A DNA stretch of 24,000 nt from Mollicutes bacterium SLUWU-24. GTDB lineage: Bacteria; Bacillota_I; Bacilli_A; UBA3375. A program made the translations under genes and the position numbers. The stretch lies in NCBI GenBank assembly GCA_049070185.1, contig JBLYTW010000002.1:136515-160514 (forward strand), given 5' to 3'. How positions within the stretch are numbered: position 1 is the first letter of the stretch; each line of letters begins with the position of its first letter. The notes under the pieces are model-generated. The model did not search any database. It was not told the DNA's origin and worked only from the letters and a program-made list of their open reading frames with translations. This document shows positions 9,487 to 18,416 of this stretch, in pieces.

Positions 9487-10777
9487 CTTTCCCCAATCCT
9501 AAGCGTTCGAATACAAAATCAATATTTTGTAAGTGATAATCTTTTGCAAAACATGCTTCAAATCCTTCTTCACCTAAAACATCAATTACTTTTGGTCTAA
9601 TTGCTTCTTTAAAATCTTTTTCGTTATTAAATGAGTCAATTGCAATTGGTTGTACTAAATCGTACGCATCTTCACGAACATATCCTTTAGTTATTAAACT
9701 TAGCATAACTTTTTGTGAGAAGAATACATTATTTGTACAATCAATATTACTTAACATTCTTTTTTCGTTTACATATAAATTTGCTAAAACTCCAGTGAAG
9801 CGTTTTAACATATATTCAATTAATGATGTCGCATCAGGAATAATAATTCTTTCTGCTGATGAATGTGAAATATCACGTTCATGCCATAATCCAACATTTT
9901 CCATAGCAGTTACTGTATACCCACGAATTACACGAGCTAATCCTGACATATTTTCTGATGAAATTGGATTCTTTTTGTGAGGCATTGCACTACTACCTTT
10001 TTGTTTTTTTCCAAATCCTTCTTCTGCTTCACGAACTTCAGTACGTTGTAAATGACGGAATTCAATTGCCATTTTGTCAATTGTATTGGCAATTGAAGCT
10101 ATCGCCATTAAATAAAACGCATGACGATCACGTTGTAACGTTTGAGTTGAAATCTTACTACTTTCAATTCCTAAGTTTTTACACACAAAATCTTGAACAA
10201 ATGGATCGATATTTGCATATGTACCTACTGCACCAGAAATTTTCCCCGCTTCAATTTGTTTACGCGCTAAATGCCAACGTTCCATATTACGTTTCATTTC
10301 TTCATAATATAGTGCTAATTTATATCCAAATGTTGTTAATTCGGCATGTACCCCATGAGTTCTCCCCATTTGAATTGTATATTTATGCTCAATTGCACGA
10401 TCTTTTAATACTGCCATAAATTCATTTAAACGTACTTCAATAATTTCATTTGCTTGACGAATTAAATAGCCATATGCAGTATCAACAACATCAGTTGATG
10501 TAAGTCCATAATGTACCCATTTTTTTTCTTCACCCAAGCTTTCACTTACGCTACGAGTAAATGATACAACATCATGACGCAATTCTTTTTCTAGTTCATC
10601 AATTCGATCAATGTCAAATTTGGCATTTTCTCTCACTAACTTGGCATCTTCACGTGGTACTACTCCTAACTCACAAAATGCTTCAGTTGCTAATATTTCT
10701 ACTTCTAACCATGCATTAAATTTATTTTCTTCACTCCATAAATTTCGCATTTCTTCATTTTGATAACGACTAATCAT
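9479..10777 (-). CDS. purB: adenylosuccinate lyase
   Basis: 432 aa with the fumarate-lyase signature GSSAMPHKKNP. The N-terminus is MISRYQNEEMRNLWSEENKF, typical of PurB. Confidence 0.95.
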   Translation of the reverse strand: MISRYQNEEMRNLWSEENKFNAWLEVEILATEAFCELGVVPREDAKLVRENAKFDIDRIDELEKELRHDVVSFTRSVSESLGEEKKWVHYGLTSTDVVDTAYGYLIRQANEIIEVRLNEFMAVLKDRAIEHKYTIQMGRTHGVHAELTTFGYKLALYYEEMKRNMERWHLARKQIEAGKISGAVGTYANIDPFVQDFVCKNLGIESSKISTQTLQRDRHAFYLMAIASIANTIDKMAIEFRHLQRTEVREAEEGFGKKQKGSSAMPHKKNPISSENMSGLARVIRGYTVTAMENVGLWHERDISHSSAERIIIPDATSLIEYMLKRFTGVLANLYVNEKRMLSNIDCTNNVFFSQKVMLSLITKGYVREDAYDLVQPIAIDSFNNEKDFKEAIRPKVIDVLGEEGFEACFAKDYHLQNIDFVFERLGLGKDE

Positions 10778-10806
10778 CTTTCTCCTTTTTAATCAAATTT
10801 ATAACG

Positions 10807-10835
10807 TATATATTTTATCATATTAAATTTAACAA
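10807..10835 (-). promoter_or_regulatory. candidate promoter of purB-hpt
   Basis: Read on the minus strand: TTGTTA (10830-10835), a 17-nt spacer, then TATATA (10807-10812), followed by a short leader of about 25 nt to an AAAGGAG RBS. AT-rich context, so confidence is low. Confidence 0.3.
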
Positions 10836-10882
10836 GTATATATAAATTTTTCCAATTACGTTATTTTTACATAAATCATTCC

Positions 10883-10919
10883 AAAAAAAAGACTAGTAAA
10901 AAATTTTACTAGTTTTTTT
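10883..10919. terminator. bidirectional-looking Rho-independent terminator after tagD
   Basis: Stem ACTAGTAA(AA)/(TT)TTACTAGT is flanked by A8 (10883-10890) and T7 (10913-10919). It lies immediately downstream of the tagD stop (10922) on the minus strand. Confidence 0.65.
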
Positions 10920-10921
10920 AT

Positions 10922-11308
10922 TTACATTCCTAAATCTTTTTTTATTTTCGTAGTTGAAATTCCTGGTGTACGTTCTAGATAGTGAACATCACAAAATTCT
11001 TCTAAATGATCAAATTCACCTTTCCAATCATCACCCATAACAAATTCATCAACATAATATTTTTTAATATCATCAGCTTTTTGTCCCCAATCATTTTCGG
11101 GAATTACTAAATCTACATAACGAATTGCTTCCAACATCTGTTTTCTTGTTTCATAATCATGGTAAGCTTTTTTTCCTTTAATTGCATTAAACTCATCTGT
11201 TGATACAGCTACAATTAAATAATCGCCACGTCTTTTAGCTCTTCTTAATAAACGAATATGACCATAATGCATTAAATCGTACGTTCCATAAGTCAGAATT
11301 CTTTTCAT
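10922..11308 (-). CDS. tagD: glycerol-3-phosphate cytidylyltransferase (CDP-glycerol synthesis)
   Basis: From ATG 11308 the ORF is 128 aa: MKRILTYGTYDLMHYGHIRLLRRAK..., with the HxGH cytidylyltransferase motif. It is the same size as B. subtilis TagD. The start lies 1 nt after the purA stop. The track's 20-codon extension overlaps purA and is rejected. Confidence 0.85.
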   Translation of the reverse strand: MKRILTYGTYDLMHYGHIRLLRRAKRRGDYLIVAVSTDEFNAIKGKKAYHDYETRKQMLEAIRYVDLVIPENDWGQKADDIKKYYVDEFVMGDDWKGEFDHLEEFCDVHYLERTPGISTTKIKKDLGM

Positions 11309-11309
11309 A

Positions 11310-12602
<1,293 letters not shown>

Positions 12603-13595
12603 TTAAATTTCACTTTTCATTTCACGTTTTGTTAAAACATCTAAAACTTCATCAAAAGTTGCATTACAATACAACATTTGATAAATAACTTCAATTATTG
12701 GTAAATCTAATTGATTTTTTTCCTTTAATGCATGAATTGCTTCAACCGAATATACTCCTTCAACAACCATACCAACTTTATCGGCTGCCTCTTCTTTTGT
12801 ATATCCTTTACCTAATAATTCTCCAAATCCACGATTACGAGAATGGATTGATGTTGCTGTAACAATTAAGTCACCCATTCCTGTTAACCCATAAAACGTA
12901 TCTGGTTGAGCACCTTCAATTTCACCAATGATTTTTAGTTCACGTAATCCACGAGTTAATAATGCTGCTTTTGCATTATCTCCTAATTTTGGATGACCAT
13001 CACAAAAACCAGCAGCAATAGCTAAAACATTTTTGGCTGCACCAATAATTTCAACACCATGAATGTCTGGATTTGTATACACACGTAAATATTCATTGTT
13101 AAATGCTTTTTGTACTGTTTCACGCGCAACTTTTGATTCTGATGTTGAAACAATTGTTGTAAACATACGTAAAGCAACCTCTTCTGCATGTGTTGGTCCA
13201 GAAAGAACTACAATATCATGATTATCGCCAATTTCTTCTTTAACGATTTCATGTCCTGATTTCATTGTTTTTGCTTCTAAACCTTTTGTACAAATAACAA
13301 ATGTTTGTTTTTCTTTTGTTAAAATTGCTTTAATATTTTTTGAAACTTGACGAATTGCAAATGATGGTACGACAAAGACAACTAAATCAGCGTCATTAAC
13401 AACTGATAAATCAGTTGTATAGTTAATTGCTGCATCCATTTTTGCATTTTCAATAAACGGGTTACGTAAATTTTCTTTTAACCACGTAATTTCGCTTTCT
13501 AAATGGCCCCATAAACTTACTTCATGTCCATTATCTTTAGCAATTGTGGCAATTGAACAGCCAAATGATCCGGCTCCTAAAACGGTAATTTTCAT
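12603..13595 (-). CDS. gpsA: NAD(P)H-dependent glycerol-3-phosphate dehydrogenase
   Basis: 330 aa. It has an N-terminal Rossmann motif (KITVLGAGSFG) and the conserved GpsA stretches GAAKNVLAIAAG and SRNRGFG. Confidence 0.93.
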   Translation of the reverse strand: MKITVLGAGSFGCSIATIAKDNGHEVSLWGHLESEITWLKENLRNPFIENAKMDAAINYTTDLSVVNDADLVVFVVPSFAIRQVSKNIKAILTKEKQTFVICTKGLEAKTMKSGHEIVKEEIGDNHDIVVLSGPTHAEEVALRMFTTIVSTSESKVARETVQKAFNNEYLRVYTNPDIHGVEIIGAAKNVLAIAAGFCDGHPKLGDNAKAALLTRGLRELKIIGEIEGAQPDTFYGLTGMGDLIVTATSIHSRNRGFGELLGKGYTKEEAADKVGMVVEGVYSVEAIHALKEKNQLDLPIIEVIYQMLYCNATFDEVLDVLTKREMKSEI

Positions 13596-13604
13596 AACTT
13601 CCTC

Positions 13605-14612
13605 CTATTTCATAAGTTCATAAATTACTTGATCTTTACGATCAATATAATGAGTTGAGTTAATACGACGGATTGTTCGAGTTTTTCCGCGAATTAATAA
13701 TGTTTCTGTTTCAGCTAAATTTCCTTCAACTTTGACACCTTTTAATAATGATCCTTCAGTGATACCAGTAATCGTTACAATAACATTATCATCAGATGCT
13801 AAATCATTTAATTCTAATTTTTTACCTTCTTCAAGTCCTAAATCATTTAAACGATTAAGTTCAATTTTTGATAACTTATCATTTTCGGCATTACTTCCTT
13901 TAGCATTACTACGTGTTAATAATTTTGCTTGCATATCTCCATCCATTGCTCGCATAATTGCTGCTGAAATAACCCCTTCTGGTGCTCCACCAATTCCGTA
14001 GAACATATCAATCCCACTATTTGGCATTGCAACTTGAACACTACCTGCTACATCTCCATCAGGAATTGCAATAACTTTTACTCCTAGTGCTTGTAAGTCT
14101 TTGATTGTTTGTTCATGGCGTGGTTTAAATAACGTCATTACTGTTAATTCACTAATTTCTTTATTTAATTGTTCTGCTAAATTTTTAATGTTTTCAGTAA
14201 TTGATAAATCAATATCAATTGCTCCTTTTCCATCTTTAGCAACCATAATCTTTTCCATATACATATCTGGTGCTTTTAATAAAGTATCACTATCGGCAAG
14301 TACCATCACGGCAACAGCATTTTCTTGTCCTAATGCTACCATTCGCGTTCCATCAATTGGATCAACAGCAATATCAACTTTTTCGCCACCTAATCCAACT
14401 TTTTCTCCAATATATAACATAGGTGCTTCATCAATCTCACCTTCACCAATTACTACTTCACCTGAAAATTCAATTGTATTTAACATATGACGCATTGCAC
14501 TTACTGCTGCATCATCTGCTACTTCTTTTTTTCCTGTACCAATCCATTTGTACGTTGCTAAAGCCGCGGCTTCTGTTACCCGACTAAATTCCATTGCTAA
14601 TTCTCTACGCAT
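13605..14612 (-). CDS. glpX: class II fructose-1,6-bisphosphatase
   Basis: 335 aa. The N-terminus LAMEFSRVTEAAALATYKWIGTGKK, together with DPIDGT and GIGGAPEGV, is typical of GlpX. Confidence 0.9.
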   Translation of the reverse strand: MRRELAMEFSRVTEAAALATYKWIGTGKKEVADDAAVSAMRHMLNTIEFSGEVVIGEGEIDEAPMLYIGEKVGLGGEKVDIAVDPIDGTRMVALGQENAVAVMVLADSDTLLKAPDMYMEKIMVAKDGKGAIDIDLSITENIKNLAEQLNKEISELTVMTLFKPRHEQTIKDLQALGVKVIAIPDGDVAGSVQVAMPNSGIDMFYGIGGAPEGVISAAIMRAMDGDMQAKLLTRSNAKGSNAENDKLSKIELNRLNDLGLEEGKKLELNDLASDDNVIVTITGITEGSLLKGVKVEGNLAETETLLIRGKTRTIRRINSTHYIDRKDQVIYELMK

Positions 14613-14750
14613 TTCAACTCCATTTATTTTACTTGACTTTCAAAAGTCCATACATTTCATATTATAACCTATTTTCTAAATATTTTTTACTTTTATCTGT
14701 TATTTTTTATTTTTCAAATTGAAAATATTTATTCTAGCGTTTTAAAAGCG

Positions 14751-14790
14751 AAAAAACTATCCGTGACTATTAATAGTAACGCGATAGTTT
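14751..14790 (-). terminator. Rho-independent terminator closing the heliorhodopsin-SDR unit
   Basis: A long imperfect hairpin (14754-14790, about 16 bp with one bulge and one mismatch) begins 10 nt after the SDR stop. It runs into a T-run on the minus strand (A-run 14751-14756). Confidence 0.65.
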
Positions 14791-14799
14791 TCTTTAATT

Positions 14800-15483
14800 T
14801 TAAATTATAACTGGTTCTAACCATTTGATTTCAGAAAATTCTTTAAAGCATTTTCCACTCGTATTTTGTTCAATAATATTGATAATCATTTCGTAGATTT
14901 CATCAGCTTCACGATAGGCTCCATTTAACCCTAAACGAGTTTTTACCATTCCAGGATATAAAACATTAAAATTAATATCCGAAATCGTAGCACTATAAAT
15001 TTGCATCATACTATTTAACGTTGACTTTGACAAAGCATATTGTGCCGCTTCTTTTTTTGCCAATCCTGGATAGTGAGCAAATCCAGTTGAAAGACTAATA
15101 ACATTTCCTTGAGGATTAATTAAGTCTAATACACCATTAATTAATTTTTGTACCGCAAATACATTAACTAAAAAAACATCTTCTAAATCATTTGCTTCAT
15201 TTATTGATTTTGTATAATCACCAATTACCCCTGCATTATTAATTAAAATATCAATTTTTACGTTAGCAGTATGTAATTTTTGACATAGATTACTAATTTC
15301 TGTACTGTTTTTTAATTCGCACAATTCGACTTGAAGGTTTTCACTCCCAAACTCTTGTTCCAGACGTTCTTTATCAGTTAATTTACGGACTGTACCAATT
15401 ACTTTATTATTATTTTCTAAAAATAATTTAGTTGTAGCATAACCAATCCCTTGAGCAATCCCAGTTATTAATATTGTTTTCAT
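14800..15483 (-). CDS. classical short-chain dehydrogenase/reductase (SDR), substrate unknown
   Basis: 227 aa. It has the cofactor motif TGIAQGIG (TGxxxGxG), NNAG, and the catalytic YxxxK (YALSK). A strong RBS (GGAGGAG) sits 4 nt before the ATG. Confidence 0.8.
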   Translation of the reverse strand: MKTILITGIAQGIGYATTKLFLENNNKVIGTVRKLTDKERLEQEFGSENLQVELCELKNSTEISNLCQKLHTANVKIDILINNAGVIGDYTKSINEANDLEDVFLVNVFAVQKLINGVLDLINPQGNVISLSTGFAHYPGLAKKEAAQYALSKSTLNSMMQIYSATISDINFNVLYPGMVKTRLGLNGAYREADEIYEMIINIIEQNTSGKCFKEFSEIKWLEPVII

Positions 15484-15525
15484 TGTACTCCTCCATCCTC
15501 ATTTAACTGTATTATACTAAACATT

Positions 15526-16305
15526 TTAAGCAGGTTGCATAATTCTAAAAAAGATTAACCAAATTAAAATTGTTTTTGCCACTAAACTTAAAATAATATA
15601 TACATACTCTCCATATAAATAATCTTGCCATTTACCAATTTTTTTATATTGTAAAATCATATTTAACGGGAACAAATTAAAGAAAAATAAATATGAAATG
15701 AATATTGCATAGACAAAAAATGGAACTTCACTTGGACTAGTATTTCCAAATCCATACATAATTATTATTATCCACGGAACAATTCCGGCAAAACTCCCAA
15801 ATAAAAATGGTGTCCAATCAGTTTTATTTGTGTATTGATTTAATCGTTCCATTAATAAACCAAATAAATTCATTGTTGCATTAAGTCCGAAAATTAAAAT
15901 CAAACTCCCTAAATCATATACACCAAATAACACGGCAATCAATACAATCATAATTGACGAAGAAAGTGCATATTCATACCAACGGTATTTATTAATACCA
16001 TTATCTAATCCTTGTAAATAATCATCTTTTTTAATTACAATTAAAAAATGAAAAAAAGCCGAAATAAATAAAAATAGACTTGCTATCAAAGCAAATGGTA
16101 TCTCCGCCCATTCAACAGTTTGTGGTACAAGTCGCATTACATTTGAATCAAATGTCAGATAACTTGTTGTAATCATTGGTTTAAAATCAATTGCCTTTTG
16201 TAAATTCAGAGCCAGAAATGCCATTAAAATTGCTTGAAGTAAGTGTAATCCACCCATTATTACATTAAATTTTAAAATTTTTTGTGATTCAATTTTATTA
16301 TTCAT
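15526..16305 (-). CDS. heliorhodopsin (retinal-binding 7-TM photoreceptor, inverted-topology rhodopsin family)
   Basis: From ATG 16305 (AAGGAGG RBS 5 nt upstream) the ORF is 259 aa. It matches heliorhodopsin 48C12, as I recall it, motif by motif: GGLHLLQ, SAFFHF, RWYEYALSSSIMIVLIA, FGLNATMNLFG, AGIVPWI, LFFFN, LQYKKIGKWQDYLYGEYVYIILSLVAKT and the C-terminal ...QPA. There are seven hydrophobic segments. The Schiff-base Lys244 codon is at 15574-15576. Confidence 0.85.
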   Translation of the reverse strand: MNNKIESQKILKFNVIMGGLHLLQAILMAFLALNLQKAIDFKPMITTSYLTFDSNVMRLVPQTVEWAEIPFALIASLFLFISAFFHFLIVIKKDDYLQGLDNGINKYRWYEYALSSSIMIVLIAVLFGVYDLGSLILIFGLNATMNLFGLLMERLNQYTNKTDWTPFLFGSFAGIVPWIIIIMYGFGNTSPSEVPFFVYAIFISYLFFFNLFPLNMILQYKKIGKWQDYLYGEYVYIILSLVAKTILIWLIFFRIMQPA

Positions 16306-16397
16306 TTTAACCTCCTTATATAACATTGTTTTATATTTATATAATAACATTTACATGTGTTAATCTTGTGGCAGTATTATTCTTCAAGTAATTATAC

Positions 16398-16432
16398 ATA
16401 CTAAAATATTTAAATACTTATTATTTTAGTAT
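16398..16432. promoter_or_regulatory. 11-bp perfect inverted repeat (candidate operator) in the heliorhodopsin/lipoprotein divergent intergenic region
   Basis: ATACTAAAATA (16398-16408) and TATTTTAGTAT (16422-16432) are exact reverse complements separated by 13 nt. The left arm abuts a minus-strand TATAAT (16391-16396). The right arm overlaps a possible plus-strand -35 TTAGTA (16426-16431), which lies 17 nt before TATAAT (16449-16454). Confidence 0.4.
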
Positions 16433-16473
16433 TATCATTGATTTTTTGTATAATTATAATGAGGGAGAATATT

Positions 16474-17391
16474 ATGTCAAAAAAATTAACTTTAATTATT
16501 ACAACATTTTTATTAATTTTATCTGGATGTGGTTCAGATCCAATAACAAACAATACTAAAACGAATACACAAGAAACTTCAGCACTAAATAATAATACTT
16601 CTACTAATGAGAACACTTCTACTAATGAGAACACTTCTACTAATGAGAACACTTCTACTAATGAGGACACTTCTACTAATGAAGATGCTTCTACTAATGA
16701 GGACACTTCTACTAATGAAGATGCTTCTACTAATGAGGACACTTCTACTAGTGAAGATGTTTCAAATAATGAAGACGTTTCTACTAATGATAAACAAACT
16801 GATCAATTTGGACGTGAAATTTCTGAAGCAGCAGCAAATCAATCAAAATATAATATTACAAACAAATCAGTTGCAACATCACTAGGTGCTAAAATCATTA
16901 ATAATGAAACTGAGGCACGAAACCAATTGGCGAAAGAAGAATTTAATAATAATGATGATATTGCTTACAATTCAATGGGTAAAGGAATTAATCAGGTTAG
17001 TGGAAACACTGTATATAAATTTGAAGTTATTATTAAATCGGCTCAAGCACAGGGTGGTTCAGGTTCTGCTGGTTTTTATGAAGTTCAAGAGGATGGTACT
17101 TATTATTATACTGATAATAATAAAAGTTATCTCGACAAGCAGTCAGCTGATGAGGATACAATAACTGCACATAATCTACTATTGAATAAGCTTTTACAAG
17201 TTTATCCACAATTTGACCAATATAAATATGATTTCAATATCGAAGCGGTCAATGATTCAACATATCAAATAACACTTGCAATTCGCGATAATGTTAATGC
17301 AACGGATGAAGATTTAAATTTTGTTGGCACTTATATTGTAAATATTAATGGAAATATTGAAAGTTATCCTGATACTATAACAATAGACTAA
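16474..17391 (+). CDS. surface lipoprotein with an acidic Ser/Thr/Asn-rich tandem-repeat linker and an unknown C-terminal domain
   Basis: ATG 16474 follows a GAGGGAG RBS. The signal peptide MSKKLTLIITTFLLILSGC carries the lipobox L-S-G-C. Next come 11 TSTNE(N/D)-type hexapeptides and then a roughly 200-aa domain I do not recognise. This is the only plus-strand gene in the window. Confidence 0.8.
   Translation: MSKKLTLIITTFLLILSGCGSDPITNNTKTNTQETSALNNNTSTNENTSTNENTSTNENTSTNEDTSTNEDASTNEDTSTNEDASTNEDTSTSEDVSNNEDVSTNDKQTDQFGREISEAAANQSKYNITNKSVATSLGAKIINNETEARNQLAKEEFNNNDDIAYNSMGKGINQVSGNTVYKFEVIIKSAQAQGGSGSAGFYEVQEDGTYYYTDNNKSYLDKQSADEDTITAHNLLLNKLLQVYPQFDQYKYDFNIEAVNDSTYQITLAIRDNVNATDEDLNFVGTYIVNINGNIESYPDTITID
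16597..16794 (+). repeat. in-frame 18-bp tandem repeat, 11 copies (coding minisatellite)
   Basis: Units start at 16597 and recur every 18 bp. Copies 1-3 are identical (ACTTCTACTAATGAGAAC). Copies 5-6 and 7-8 form an exactly duplicated 36-bp higher-order unit (16669-16704 = 16705-16740). Copies 9-11 degenerate progressively. Confidence 0.95.
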
Positions 17392-17415
17392 AGCTTAAAA
17401 TTACATATATCAAAT

Positions 17416-17446
17416 AAAAGTAGAGTAAAATTACTCTACTTTTTTA
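17416..17446. terminator. bidirectional Rho-independent terminator between the convergent lipoprotein and nfo genes
   Basis: Stem GTAGAGTAA/TTACTCTAC (17420-17439) is flanked by A4 upstream and T-rich sequence downstream (TTTTTTATT on plus; TTTTATTT on minus). Confidence 0.7.
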
Positions 17447-17474
17447 TTGTTTAATATTTCAATTTTAAATTACT

Positions 17475-17507
17475 AACTCCTAGGTTATAATACCCAGGAG
17501 TTTTTTT
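17475..17507 (+). terminator. second plus-strand hairpin with T7, abutting the nfo stop
   Basis: Stem AACTCCTAGG/CCCAGGAGTT (one mismatch) with an 8-nt loop, followed by T7 (17501-17507). On the minus strand no T-run follows it, so it is scored as plus-oriented. Confidence 0.5.
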
Positions 17508-18393
17508 ATTTTATATTTCTTTCTTCATCTAACCAATCTGTAAACTCATTTGCACGTATCATTGCAATTTCTTTTTGATATGGTGCTTCCTTCTTATCAT
17601 TTACATACGGAGTTTCCAAAATTTTTGTAATATCTTTTGTTTTTGGATGATTAATTACTTGCATAATGTTTGCAAATCCAATATGACCATAACCAATATT
17701 ATCATGACGGTCTTTTCCCGCTCCTCGAATATTCTTAGAATCATTTATATGGAGAACTTTTAATTTATCTAGACCAATTGTTGCATCAAATTCATTTAAA
17801 ATTTGATCAAAATTACTTAAATCATAACCGGCATCATGTATATGACAAGTATCTAAACAAACACCTAATTTTTCAGGATATTTTACATTGTTAATAATGT
17901 AAGCCAATTCTTCAAATGTACGACCTAATTCTGTTCCTTTTCCCGCCATTGTTTCTAAACAAACAATCGCATTTTGTTCTTTTGTTAAAACTAAATCAAG
18001 TCCTTTAACAATTTGTTCTAATCCTGCAGAAGTTCCAGCCTTTACATGTGCTCCTGGATGAAGCACGATGTATTTTGCCCCAATCGCTTCTGTACGTTCA
18101 ATTTCCATTTTTAGAAAATCAACCGCAATCGTAAATGTATCGGGTTTAATTGTGTTTCCTAAATTAATAATATATGGTGCATGAATTATTACTCGTTCTA
18201 AATCAATATCATTTTCTTGTAATAAAGTTTTTGCTTCATCAATCCTTAATTCTTCAACCGGCTTACGTTTAGTATTTTGTGGTGCTCCGGTATAAATCAT
18301 CATTGCGTTAGCTCCATTTTTTAGTGAATCTTCAACACTACCTAATAACATTTTCTTTCCACTCATTGATACGTGACTACCAATATATAACAT
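17506..18393 (-). CDS. nfo: endonuclease IV (AP endonuclease)
   Basis: 295 aa with the TIM-barrel Nfo pattern: [58 protein letters not shown]...GAGKDRH. Confidence 0.93.
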   Translation of the reverse strand: MLYIGSHVSMSGKKMLLGSVEDSLKNGANAMMIYTGAPQNTKRKPVEELRIDEAKTLLQENDIDLERVIIHAPYIINLGNTIKPDTFTIAVDFLKMEIERTEAIGAKYIVLHPGAHVKAGTSAGLEQIVKGLDLVLTKEQNAIVCLETMAGKGTELGRTFEELAYIINNVKYPEKLGVCLDTCHIHDAGYDLSNFDQILNEFDATIGLDKLKVLHINDSKNIRGAGKDRHDNIGYGHIGFANIMQVINHPKTKDITKILETPYVNDKKEAPYQKEIAMIRANEFTDWLDEERNIK

Positions 18394-18416
18394 ATAACTC
18401 CTATCTTTTAAGCAAT

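Noticed and set aside
10778-10921. A possible purine riboswitch upstream of purB-hpt. Riboswitch or leader candidates were also considered upstream of glpX (14613-14750) and pyrG.
   Set aside because: The purB leader after the best promoter candidate is only about 25 nt. The regions are nearly pure A/T, without the conserved G/C-containing helices of the purine aptamer. pyrG has no upstream intergenic space.
14711-14725. A 7-1-7 palindrome TTTTCAAaTTGAAAA about 45-60 nt upstream of a TATAAT (14661-14666) in the glpX upstream region.
   Set aside because: It is short, made almost entirely of A/T, and extends no further. Such palindromes are expected by chance in this composition, and I cannot tie it to a known operator consensus.
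16306-16350. N-terminal extensions offered by the ORF track: HeR 16306-16350, ABC ATPase 8805-8846, tagD 11309-11368, smpB 21397-21462, and the small GTG/TTG extensions of dxs, galU, rnr and the YtxH-like gene.
   Set aside because: In each case an internal ATG (TTG for the YtxH-like gene) is preceded by a strong Shine-Dalgarno at 4-6 nt and gives the N-terminus expected for the family. The extensions overlap an upstream gene, an RBS or a promoter-like element.
16410-16742. A 110-aa minus-strand ORF with repeated SSLVEV/FSLVEV, plus the plus-strand frames 16607-16885 and 16886-17164.
   Set aside because: These are alternative-frame and antisense readings of the 18-bp tandem repeat inside the lipoprotein gene. 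Only the 16474-17391 frame has an RBS, a signal peptide and a lipobox.
16597-16794. A regularly spaced short repeat that could superficially suggest a CRISPR array.
   Set aside because: The units are 18 bp and directly abutting, with no spacers. They are in frame within a CDS and partly degenerate. No cas genes are present. It is a coding minisatellite.
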